In this document: positions 9,819 through 18,246 of the stretch, one piece after another | How the letters are laid out: every line of letters starts with the position of its first letter | How positions within the stretch are numbered: position 1 is the first letter of the stretch | Assembly (NCBI GenBank): GCA_964530955.1 | Contig: CAZHCL010000007.1 | Location: forward strand, 1-44,733 | Direction: 5' to 3' | Source of the DNA: Candidatus Woesearchaeota archaeon | GTDB taxonomy: Archaea; Nanobdellota; Nanobdellia; Pacearchaeales; GW2011-AR1 | Length of the DNA stretch: 44,733 nucleotides | Made by a program: the position numbers and the translations under genes | The notes under the pieces: generated by a model | Seen by the model: the letters and a program-made list of their open reading frames with translations, nothing else | The model's database searches: none | Told to the model about the DNA's origin: nothing

Positions 9819-9859
9819 TTTAATAAAAGAAAAAGGTAATTAATAAAACTATCCTTGAA

Positions 9860-10594
9860 TTAGAACTTCTTGTTGAGATTTATTCCGAATACGACTCTAT
9901 TCTTGAATATTCCGTGTATTCCATCTATTTTTCTCTGTGCGCTCAGAGAAGGAGTAAGCGTAAATCCTTTTCCAAGATCAAAGTTTACTTTACTTTGTGC
10001 CGCAACATGAGTAATTCCCGATTCAGAGGTGAAGAAATAGTCGTTGTAGGTGACTCTTCCTTCAAGTGATAGACTGATCTTTTGTGAAAGTTTCAGCGTC
10101 TTGTCTAAGGTAATTTGACCGAGATTTCCTTGATTACTTGTCTCACCGTGTGCATGGCTGAAATAGAGCTTTAAGTTTATTGGAAGATTTTTTGTTTTGA
10201 GAGAATATTCTTCAGTTATAGCATCAGGACTTGTTGAATCTGGGAAAGTGAAATAAATCACTCCTGCCCTGAAATCAAAGTTTTTTGTTGAATAGGTATA
10301 TCCTAGACTATTGTCTATTTCATTGACGCTGCCTTTTTTTTCATCAAGGTTGTTCCAGATATTGTATTCAATAGGACCAACATTGAAACCAATGTCGCTT
10401 TGCATTACAGGACCTTTTGATAGTGTAAACCCGAATGTTCCTAAGTATCTAGAGAATAAACCTGCATCAGTATATACACCATTTATTACCGGTTTATTAG
10501 CTTCTTCAGGTGTATTTTCTCCTGCCTTTGCGTAGGGCGTTGCAAGAGCTAAAGCCAGTGCTCCGAGCGCAGTTATCTTTGAAAGTATTTTCAT
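9860..10594 (-). CDS. Secreted beta-barrel-like protein resembling TorF/Gcw_chp putative porins, 244 aa
   Basis: Signal peptide ending AKA; SRY..G......PVMQ, NEIDxxLGY and AGVIYFTFP patterns; many amphipathic strands; ends GINLNKKF with a terminal Phe. Confidence 0.65.
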   Translation of the reverse strand: MKILSKITALGALALALATPYAKAGENTPEEANKPVINGVYTDAGLFSRYLGTFGFTLSKGPVMQSDIGFNVGPIEYNIWNNLDEKKGSVNEIDNSLGYTYSTKNFDFRAGVIYFTFPDSTSPDAITEEYSLKTKNLPINLKLYFSHAHGETSNQGNLGQITLDKTLKLSQKISLSLEGRVTYNDYFFTSESGITHVAAQSKVNFDLGKGFTLTPSLSAQRKIDGIHGIFKNRVVFGINLNKKF

Positions 10595-10595
10595 G

Positions 10596-11798
10596 TTAGA
10601 AAGTATAAAGAAAAGCTCCTTTGACAGTTAAATCTCCCTTTCCTGCTATTGGAATGCTTGCACCAAAAGCTGGACCCATATAATGATTTCCATACTTAAT
10701 TCTGAAAATTGTTTGAGGCTCAATTGTATCCGCGCTCTTTTTGCTATCGAAAGCATGCTTTTCTTCAACTGTCAGGCCTAATTTATAATGTCCTAGTAAG
10801 ACCTTAGGAGTAAAGTAGCTTACACCAGCTGCTAAGAATCCTGCATGACTTTTAGTATTCAAGCTTGTTCTAACATCGAATGAAATTCCTCCATTTGATC
10901 TATCATAAGGATTTATTGTTTCAGTTTTAGTAACTGAAAGTGGCAAAACACTCTGATTAAAACTATCATCTCCATTTACCCCTCTTCCAACAGCCCATAT
11001 TGCTCCGCTCTTGCTTGTTGAAGGGTTTTTAGAGAAATAAAATTCTCCGTTTAATAATTTTTCATCATTTTGAGAATTCCAGTCTATCCTTCCATTAAAG
11101 AATGCTCCCCACTGGTCCTTATTTCCCGAAGTCATCCAAAATCCGCCTAGGCTTTTATTTATTCTTACTTTATCTTCTCTTTCTGCAAAAGCGAGGCCTA
11201 TACTATTTCTTTCTGAGAAGTCGAAAATTCCATTAACTAAATACTGATCTTGTTGTAGGGGATTTTGAATATTATCGAAACCGAGCCCAATATTTAATCT
11301 TTCAGTTAATTGGTAATTCAATCCAGTTCCTAATCTTTGTGCATAGTCTGTTGTTTTTTCTTCTACGTTTATTGTTAAAGTAGTTTTACTATCTATTTTA
11401 TGTTCTGATTCAAATCCGAGACCTGCAATGTCTCCTGTGCTGCCAAAGATTCTCATCTTTGTATTTAGACCACCCAATGAGAACTCGGGAGTTCTTAATC
11501 CAATAGGAACATAATGAATATTTTTCCCGTTGGATTCTTGAATTATATCATATGCTCTAAAATATTCCATAAATTGCCCTTTTACCGCAATAACTGCTCC
11601 GTCATAAGAGCCTGAAGGAGCAAAGCCAAACGTGCTCTTTATAGTAGAATTATTATTAAGGTCTCCAGAATAGCTTATTGCTGTTCTATAAACATTTTCC
11701 TGAGGTGTTTCCTGTGCTTTTGCTACCTTGCTTGTAAGTAATGATGCTGCCGCAAGCGCTACGGCGAATCTTGACTTTACTTTATTTTTTGTTTTCAT
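10596..11798 (-). CDS. Secreted beta-barrel-like protein, 400 aa
   Basis: Signal peptide ending AKA; many alternating hydrophobic/polar strands with aromatic ends (LGTGLNYQL, LNIGLGFD, WGAFFNGRIDW); ends VKGAFLYTF; RBS GAGGT at 11812-11816. Confidence 0.6.
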   Translation of the reverse strand: MKTKNKVKSRFAVALAAASLLTSKVAKAQETPQENVYRTAISYSGDLNNNSTIKSTFGFAPSGSYDGAVIAVKGQFMEYFRAYDIIQESNGKNIHYVPIGLRTPEFSLGGLNTKMRIFGSTGDIAGLGFESEHKIDSKTTLTINVEEKTTDYAQRLGTGLNYQLTERLNIGLGFDNIQNPLQQDQYLVNGIFDFSERNSIGLAFAEREDKVRINKSLGGFWMTSGNKDQWGAFFNGRIDWNSQNDEKLLNGEFYFSKNPSTSKSGAIWAVGRGVNGDDSFNQSVLPLSVTKTETINPYDRSNGGISFDVRTSLNTKSHAGFLAAGVSYFTPKVLLGHYKLGLTVEEKHAFDSKKSADTIEPQTIFRIKYGNHYMGPAFGASIPIAGKGDLTVKGAFLYTF

Positions 11799-11854
11799 TG
11801 TATTTTTTGTAACCTCTATAAAGTTACAATGTAAAATAGAAATAATAGACTTTA

Positions 11855-11862
11855 ATATTTAA
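11855..11862 (-). promoter_or_regulatory. Candidate TATA box for the two beta-barrel genes
   Basis: TTAAATAT on the minus strand about 56 nt upstream of ATG 11798, leaving room for the RBS-containing leader. Confidence 0.45.
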
Positions 11863-11863
11863 C

Positions 11864-11889
11864 TGATATTATTGATATCACTAATATCA
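11864..11889. promoter_or_regulatory. 26-bp symmetric operator-like site TGATAT-N3-TGATATCA-N3-ATATCA
   Basis: Inner palindrome (11873-11880) and outer half-sites (11864-11869, 11884-11889) share one centre; the site lies between two divergent TATA boxes. Confidence 0.6.
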
Positions 11890-11894
11890 TTATA

Positions 11895-11902
11895 TTTATA
11901 TA
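11895..11902 (+). promoter_or_regulatory. TATA box of the PhoU-family regulator (probably leaderless transcript)
   Basis: TTTATATA ending 21 nt before ATG 11924; no RBS. Confidence 0.65.
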
Positions 11903-11923
11903 GTCCGTTTTTCTCTCACAGTC

Positions 11924-12847
11924 ATGGAAAGAAAACTGATAAAGCAGGGGGGCGGAGGATATACAATTTATCTTCCGAAAGGTTGGGTTGAGAAGCATGG
12001 TCTTGATAAAGGAAAAGGAGTTTCAATCATTGAAAAGGAAGATAATCTTGTAATAAGCTCTTCAATAAAGACAAAAAATGAAATAAGAATAGAAGTGGGG
12101 AAAAAGGCAGAAGAGGAAATACACAATATCCTTACCCATGCTTACAGAAAAGGCTATTCTAGAATTGTTTTGACTGGAAAATCAAATCAGATAGTAAAGA
12201 AAGTAAAGGAATCAGTAAGCACCATTCTCCTAGGTTTTGAAGTTACAGATATTTCCGATGATTCTATAACAATAGAGAATATTTCTGAACCTGCTGAACA
12301 GAAGTATGACCTTATACTCAAGAAAATATTTTTCCTGATAGAGGAGACACATTCGCTTCTTAGTTCAGGAATGGAGAAGAAAAAACTTGCTGATTTTAAT
12401 GAAATAACCCAAATAAAGGAACAGACTGATAAATATATATTGTTTTGCAGAAGACTTTTATTTAATGAAAGCTCTGGGAGAAATATCTTTTTTGATTGGG
12501 AATTTCTGACTTTTCTCAATCACATAGAGCATATTTATTATTATCTCTATAAGTACGCTAAAGATTCTGATAAACTGCAGTATGATGAAATAGGAAAAAT
12601 GGTTGCAGAGGTAAAAGATTATTTTGCGCTTCTTAAGTCGTCATATTATGAAAAGGATTTTGGAAAGATAGAGAAGATAAATGAATTAAAAAAGAAGTAT
12701 CAGTTTGGCAAATGTCTCGAAGCAATAGAAAAAAGCAGAGGCGATTCAGCAGTCGTCTTCTCTTACCTAAGGGAACTTTTCAGGATGATTCAGATAGCGA
12801 CAAGCCCAATCCTAAGTGAAATTTTAGAAGAAAAGAACAAGTATTAA
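11924..12847 (+). CDS. Archaeal phosphate-uptake regulator: AbrB/MazE-type DNA-binding domain fused to PhoU-like helical domains
   Basis: N-terminal RKLIKQGGGGYTIYLPKGWV, then AYRKGY..I and GFEVT, followed by a helical PhoU-like region. Confidence 0.85.
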   Translation: MERKLIKQGGGGYTIYLPKGWVEKHGLDKGKGVSIIEKEDNLVISSSIKTKNEIRIEVGKKAEEEIHNILTHAYRKGYSRIVLTGKSNQIVKKVKESVSTILLGFEVTDISDDSITIENISEPAEQKYDLILKKIFFLIEETHSLLSSGMEKKKLADFNEITQIKEQTDKYILFCRRLLFNESSGRNIFFDWEFLTFLNHIEHIYYYLYKYAKDSDKLQYDEIGKMVAEVKDYFALLKSSYYEKDFGKIEKINELKKKYQFGKCLEAIEKSRGDSAVVFSYLRELFRMIQIATSPILSEILEEKNKY

Positions 12848-14583
12848 TGAGAATTAATTTCGTCCATTTCGTGGTGGGGGCTATCAGGATAATAGCTGTA
12901 TAATCTGGGATTATCAGCATAGTAAACCTGACTGAGCCAAGCCTTTAGGAAATCTTTTTCATCTCTACCTATTAAATAATTTCCTTTTTTGTCTTTTGCA
13001 TCTACATATTTGATAAAATCAGGGCTTCCTGAATATTTTTTTGCTGAATTAACCCTATTTTCTCCAAGAAGGGATATTGCCAAAGTATCTTCAAGGTCAC
13101 AGGTTCCATCACTTTTTCTTGATTGTGATAATGCATGTTCAATTGATTTTGCAACTATTAGGTGGAATTCACATATCTTTGATTCTGAGATGATCTTGGT
13201 TCTTTCGCTAAATTTGTAGTGTACCATCCAATTTATGAACGCTCCTTCAGAATAATAGTTAGGGTTATCAGCTTCAGATTCCGAGAGGTTATCAGGTACT
13301 TGATGGTGGTCTGGTACAGTACATCTTCTAGCCCAAACAGCAGAGTTATATGCATTCAGCAAAAAGGCTGCGCTTCTGTTTTTAGTGGCATATCTAGCTA
13401 TATTTTCTGCGAATCCATAGGTCATAAATGAATCCTGGTATGGTTTAGGAAGCTTTAGCGAGCTCAAATCTTCCCTTGAAAAGACAATTGGAGTTTCCTT
13501 TGGGCTTTCCAAATAAAGAAGCCCTTCTGCCTTAATATTAGCAGGAATTACTTCCTTTTCTGGTATGCTTTTTATTTTATATGTTGCATAGGCTGCTAAG
13601 GCAAGAGGAGCCATTATATAGAATGCTCTTCTTGCATGTTTCTTCAAGACTTCAAGAGCATTTTGATTGTCTATTGCCCTTTTCACACCATCAACTATAC
13701 TTGCTCCGCTCCATGGGCGTATAGAAGGCTTAAACGAAGAACATTCTTCAAGAATTTTTCTATATGTTCTTGGGATTTTTTTCAGTTTCTTTTTGACGGA
13801 TAGTTTAAAATCTTTAGGATTAATTTCTTTGAAAAATTCTGGATTAGAATTAAGCTCATCCTCAAATGGGTATTTACCAGTCATTATTCTATAGCTAAGA
13901 GAAAAGAATGAATAAGCATCTGCTTCTCTTGTTGGATGGCTTTTTTCATCAAAGCATTCAGGCGCCCTTGTTTGGAGGAAGCCCATATTATCTCTGGGAG
14001 ACACGGTTGCTCCTGAAAGTGAAGCACAGGTTGATGTTCCTAAATCGTTTAGCAAAGGTCTTTCATCATAATTATCCAGAGCAATATTATCTGGTTTTAT
14101 ATCCGAATGGGCTCGGTTAAGCAAGGAGTGCGTTTCGGATATTCCTCTAGCTATTCCAAGCAAGGTATTATTTACATCTTCTTTCGTTAATCCATGGTTG
14201 AGATATTTTCTTTCCACTCCATCATCGAGCTTATCTGATAAAAATTTCTTATATTCAGGCATGACAATAAATGGCTTGTCTTCTTCATCTGTTTCGATAA
14301 ATCCAGGAACTATATGCGCGCAAGGCTTAAGTTTTCTTGATTCGTTCATTATTGCTTTTTCAGCGCTTATATTTCTGTAATCCATTTGTCTTGCTGCCAA
14401 TGGACTTGGGTCAAGAACTTTTATGGCTACTTTTTCTCCAGTAAGAGCATCGACTGCAGAGTAGACTTTTCCCCATGTGCCTTCTCCAATTCTTCTGGCT
14501 ATTTTGTACCTTTTACTCTGAATTATTCCTTCTAATCCTTCTACTTCTTTGTTATGAGTGGCTTCTTCAGATAGAACTGCCAT
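12844..14583 (-). CDS. Hanks-type Ser/Thr protein kinase with a central TM helix and a C-terminal extracytoplasmic domain, 579 aa
   Basis: GEGTWG, VAIK, HSDIKPDN, NDLG, RAPE, DAYS and GKYPF motifs; TM AFYIMAPLALAAYATY. Start reassigned to ATG 14583 behind AGGAGG. Confidence 0.85.
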   Translation of the reverse strand: MAVLSEEATHNKEVEGLEGIIQSKRYKIARRIGEGTWGKVYSAVDALTGEKVAIKVLDPSPLAARQMDYRNISAEKAIMNESRKLKPCAHIVPGFIETDEEDKPFIVMPEYKKFLSDKLDDGVERKYLNHGLTKEDVNNTLLGIARGISETHSLLNRAHSDIKPDNIALDNYDERPLLNDLGTSTCASLSGATVSPRDNMGFLQTRAPECFDEKSHPTREADAYSFFSLSYRIMTGKYPFEDELNSNPEFFKEINPKDFKLSVKKKLKKIPRTYRKILEECSSFKPSIRPWSGASIVDGVKRAIDNQNALEVLKKHARRAFYIMAPLALAAYATYKIKSIPEKEVIPANIKAEGLLYLESPKETPIVFSREDLSSLKLPKPYQDSFMTYGFAENIARYATKNRSAAFLLNAYNSAVWARRCTVPDHHQVPDNLSESEADNPNYYSEGAFINWMVHYKFSERTKIISESKICEFHLIVAKSIEHALSQSRKSDGTCDLEDTLAISLLGENRVNSAKKYSGSPDFIKYVDAKDKKGNYLIGRDEKDFLKAWLSQVYYADNPRLYSYYPDSPHHEMDEINSH

Positions 14584-14740
14584 TTTTTTCCTCCTTCTGG
14601 CCTTCCAGAATTTCAATAGTGACCTGAGTGATTGTTCCTGGTCTTAGCTGTGATTCAATAACTCGGGGTATTACTATGATTGCCTGGCTTCCGTGCTTGG
14701 CTATTTTCTTTGTTATAACGAATTTTTTCTGTTTTTCCAT
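14567..14740 (-). CDS. Small AbrB/MazE-like (DUF2080-like) swapped-hairpin protein, 57 aa
   Basis: KKIAKHGSQAIIVIP..LRPG...VTI pattern; start reassigned to ATG 14740; the end overlaps the kinase start by 17 nt. Confidence 0.65.
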   Translation of the reverse strand: MEKQKKFVITKKIAKHGSQAIIVIPRVIESQLRPGTITQVTIEILEGQKEEKNGSSI

Positions 14741-14775
14741 TCTTTTACTTATACATTTTTTATACATAAGTCTTT

Positions 14776-14840
14776 TTTAAACCTTTCTAATAATGTAATT
14801 ATAGAGTAATAACAATATCTGAACTTTCAAAAGGTTTAAA
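14776..14840. promoter_or_regulatory. Back-to-back BRE/TATA promoters (AAAGGTTTAAA on each strand)
   Basis: 14776-14786 on minus serves the AbrB-kinase operon; 14830-14840 on plus serves the gene at 14867. Confidence 0.7.
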
Positions 14841-14866
14841 AGGCTGGTTAAAGAGGGTCTACTACT

Positions 14867-15391
14867 ATGGCGAGCAGATTATCAAGAAAGGTATCGGATA
14901 AGATTGGGCTATTTGGTAATACCTATGTTGCATCTTCTCGAGGAAACAACTTTTTGGCCTGGGCAGTAATGCATAATTTATATGCGCATGCCGAGAGGAA
15001 TCCTGCATTTGCAGAAGAATTGTCTTCAACGACTGCTGATCCAAATATGAAACAGTTGTTTAATCTATGGCTTAATATTGCAGATTCAGTTGAAGTTGCA
15101 GGCTATTACGTATTAACAGAAGGCAGATTACACGCAGGAAACTCTAAACTATCTAATGGTTTGGCATGTCTTTTTGGACAGACAGATAATAAATCTAATG
15201 GATATTTTTCTAGAAAGGATGAGGCTAGGGAGCTATTAATTGAAAAGGGTTATAGAGATGTTGTTGATCTTGCCGATCATATCAATATTCATTTTCCTCA
15301 AGATAATAGTAATGGTTCTAGACTAAGAGCAAATTATGTAAGAGCTTCTAGAATGACTGTGCCCAAGAGTGGAAGGGCATATCATTCATAA
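14867..15391 (+). CDS. Hypothetical protein, 174 aa
   Basis: Clean ORF with its own TATA and a GAGGG RBS; no family recognised. Confidence 0.65.
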   Translation: MASRLSRKVSDKIGLFGNTYVASSRGNNFLAWAVMHNLYAHAERNPAFAEELSSTTADPNMKQLFNLWLNIADSVEVAGYYVLTEGRLHAGNSKLSNGLACLFGQTDNKSNGYFSRKDEARELLIEKGYRDVVDLADHINIHFPQDNSNGSRLRANYVRASRMTVPKSGRAYHS

Positions 15392-15407
15392 TTTAAGAAT
15401 TTTATTT

Positions 15408-16619
15408 TCATTCATATCTCAAAGCAACAACTGCTTTTAATTTAGAGGCTCTCCAGGCAGGCCATAATCCTGAAATTGCTCCCGAAAGAAAAGCGAATAA
15501 TAAACATCCTAGAATGAGATACCAAGGGAATGCTGCCTGAACAAGATTAGTATCTAACTGAGTTTTTGCGATGTATTCTATTAGTTTTGCAACTCCTGCT
15601 CCCAGTAGAACTCCCATTATTCCTCCTATCAGCCCTAGTGTTCCTGATTCAATAAGGAAAATATACATAATGTCTGCGTTTTTAGCTCCGACTGCTTTCA
15701 TAGTTCCGATTTCTCTTGTTCTTTCAAGAACAGAAGTGAACATTGTATTTGCAATTCCTATTCCTCCAACAAGAAGAGATATTGCTGCTATTGCAAAAAG
15801 GAAAGAAGTAAGTATGGAAAGAATTCCATTAAGAGTTGCGAGAACTTCATCGGGAGTAAGTATAAAAAAATCCTGATCTTTCTCACTTACAGAACGTTCG
15901 GATCTTAGTTTTTTTGCAACTTTCTCTGAAATATCTGTTATGTTTTCTCCTGGCTGGATTTGCACGACTATTTCATCAACTCTATCGGTTATATTAAACA
16001 AAGAGCGTAAATCATCTATAGGCATCAATATATTTTTATCATCTATTGGATTACCAACTGATTGTAAAATAGATGAAACTTTAAATTTCTGTTCATTAAT
16101 AACTAATACATCGTTAGTATTTAATGGATGTTTGAAAATGCTATTATATTTATATTGTGAACCCAAAGCTATTACTCCGCTATCTCCTACTCTGAGGAAT
16201 CTGCCTTCATCTATTTTATACATTCCAGTGTCAAGGAAAATATGCCCCGTGTCGAGAGGGAATCCGTAGACTGTGAAAAATCTTATCTCATTCCCAACTT
16301 GTATTTTTGCGTTTGCTCCTGTGATGTAAGTAACTCCGCCGACTCCAGAAACTTTTTTTACTGTATCAACGTCTTTTGTTGTAAGTTCAACAGCTCCTCC
16401 TGTTCCTGGAGCTCCAAGTTGCCCTTTCGGCTCAATGAAAAATTTGTCTGCCCCCAACTGGCTAAACTGTTCTTTAACTGAATCTTGTAGACCTATTGAA
16501 ATGCTGACAAGAACAAAGATTGTGGCTATTGAAACTATTATACCTATCATTGTAAGCCAGGATCTTAATTTTCTTTTTCTTAAATTTCTTAAAGAGAGAG
16601 TAAAATAATCTTTGTTCAT
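15408..16619 (-). CDS. ABC transporter permease, MacB/FtsX family
   Basis: LRSWLTMIGII..ATIFVL, large extracytoplasmic domain, SLLVGGIGIANTMFTSVLERTREIGTMKAVGA, PAWRASKLKAVVALRYE. Confidence 0.9.
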   Translation of the reverse strand: MNKDYFTLSLRNLRKRKLRSWLTMIGIIVSIATIFVLVSISIGLQDSVKEQFSQLGADKFFIEPKGQLGAPGTGGAVELTTKDVDTVKKVSGVGGVTYITGANAKIQVGNEIRFFTVYGFPLDTGHIFLDTGMYKIDEGRFLRVGDSGVIALGSQYKYNSIFKHPLNTNDVLVINEQKFKVSSILQSVGNPIDDKNILMPIDDLRSLFNITDRVDEIVVQIQPGENITDISEKVAKKLRSERSVSEKDQDFFILTPDEVLATLNGILSILTSFLFAIAAISLLVGGIGIANTMFTSVLERTREIGTMKAVGAKNADIMYIFLIESGTLGLIGGIMGVLLGAGVAKLIEYIAKTQLDTNLVQAAFPWYLILGCLLFAFLSGAISGLWPAWRASKLKAVVALRYE

Positions 16620-17836
16620 CTTCTCAATGCCTCCACTGGTTTGAGTTTGGATGCCTGCAGAGCTGGAATAACTCCTGAGCCTATTCCGACTACGAATGAA
16701 AAAGTAATTGCGACAAAAACTAAGGGCCAGGAAATACTGACTTGAATAATTGTTGTTCCAAGTGCAGCGTTTGCTATTTCCGATACAGAAAGAGCAAGGA
16801 TTATTCCTAAACTCGCTCCTATAATTCCTCCAGTTAATCCAAGTAAGCCTGATTCAATTAGGAAAAGAGATAAAATATCTGAATTCTTTGCGCCTATCGC
16901 TTTCATCGTTCCTATCTCTTTTGTTCTTTCAAGAACAGAAGTAAACATGGTATTTGCAATTCCTATTCCTCCAACAAAAAGGGAGATTGCTGCTATTCCT
17001 ATTACAATTATATTGACTGCCATCAGGATTGTATTTACTGTGCCCAATACCTGAGTTGGAGTTTGAACCGTAAAATCTTCTTCACCTATTTTTTCATGTC
17101 TATCTTTTCTCAATTTAGTTTCTATGTTATTTGCAGTGGTTTCTATCTGGCGGTCATCAGACACGGAAGCCACTAGGACGTCAATTTCATCACCTATGTT
17201 TAGCAAGTCTTTCATGTCTTTCTCAGTCATAAGAATTGCAGAATTGAACTGGAAAGAGCCAGATCTCTGTAGTACACCTATCACTTGGAAGTTTTTGCCG
17301 TTGATCTTTATGTTATCTCCAGAGTGTATTGCTTTTCCAAATCCATTAGAATCTTTTGAAAAGTCGTTTCCTAGAACGACCTTTCCATCGTCTCCTGCTT
17401 TAAGTAGTCTTCCTTCTAGTGACTTTATTCCGGAAGATGAATATATGAAATCGACTTGCTCAGGATTATTAGGCATGCTTCCCAAATATCCGAAAGAAGT
17501 TATTGAATTGAATTCTATTTTTGAAATTCTTATAATACGAGGTATAACTTCTTTTACATTAGGCACGCTTTCTATTACTTTTATATCGTGTTCTGCAAGT
17601 TTGGTTATTACTGTTGAGCCCGGGGGTCCGAATCCAGTTCCCGCATTTTGAATAACAAGAACATTTGTAGAGAGAGCGTTAAATTGACCCAGGATTGCTT
17701 GCTGTAATCCGTTTCCTAGAGAGATAAGGGAGACTACTGCTGCTATGCCTATGAATATGCCTAGCATGGTAAGCCAGGAACGCAGACCTCTGTGCTTAAG
17801 GTTCTCCAAGGCGAGAAGAAGGTAGTCTTTTTTCAT
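16616..17836 (-). CDS. ABC transporter permease, MacB/FtsX family (paralogue)
   Basis: LRSWLTMLGIFIGIAAVV, VLERTKEIGTMKAIGA, PALQASKLKPVEALRR; 4-nt overlap with the next permease. Confidence 0.9.
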   Translation of the reverse strand: MKKDYLLLALENLKHRGLRSWLTMLGIFIGIAAVVSLISLGNGLQQAILGQFNALSTNVLVIQNAGTGFGPPGSTVITKLAEHDIKVIESVPNVKEVIPRIIRISKIEFNSITSFGYLGSMPNNPEQVDFIYSSSGIKSLEGRLLKAGDDGKVVLGNDFSKDSNGFGKAIHSGDNIKINGKNFQVIGVLQRSGSFQFNSAILMTEKDMKDLLNIGDEIDVLVASVSDDRQIETTANNIETKLRKDRHEKIGEEDFTVQTPTQVLGTVNTILMAVNIIVIGIAAISLFVGGIGIANTMFTSVLERTKEIGTMKAIGAKNSDILSLFLIESGLLGLTGGIIGASLGIILALSVSEIANAALGTTIIQVSISWPLVFVAITFSFVVGIGSGVIPALQASKLKPVEALRR

Positions 17837-17919
17837 TTTATCTATCTTAAATTAAAGAATCCTCGTTTTTTAAACATTCATAACATAAAGATTATATACT
17901 TGTTTAGCTTTTTCATTAA

Positions 17920-18183
17920 ATGTTAGGTGAAATTGTGGTTTTTATTGTGCTTGTTTTGAGTGTTCCGGTTGGTTTACTTGTAGCCTGGCTCTGCTCTGAC
18001 GAACTGGTAAGGGGAAGAAAATGGTTCAAGATAATAATCGGAGTTTCATTTATTATAGGGATAGTTGCCTTTTTACTTAGTAATTTATCTGTATTTTTTA
18101 CCTCGATTTTTATTATAATTGTTTCTCTTATTTCATTTATAAAAAGTTTTGATAAAAAGTGGATTGGCAGAGTCATAGAATAG
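17920..18183 (+). CDS. Small three-TM membrane protein
   Basis: Three hydrophobic segments, LVRGRKWF loop; co-oriented with the downstream genes. Confidence 0.65.
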   Translation: MLGEIVVFIVLVLSVPVGLLVAWLCSDELVRGRKWFKIIIGVSFIIGIVAFLLSNLSVFFTSIFIIIVSLISFIKSFDKKWIGRVIE

Positions 18184-18246
18184 GTTAAACAGATTTATTT
18201 GGGAAAGGTATTTATATCACTCATTCTGGTAATTGGAGAGGTGTAA

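Noticed and set aside
14776-14840. 11-bp inverted repeat as transposon ends or an operator
   Set aside because: Fully explained by two identical BRE/TATA elements of divergent promoters.
17916-18176. 86-aa minus-strand ORF
   Set aside because: Antisense shadow of the plus-strand membrane protein, which has better hydrophobic structure and orientation.
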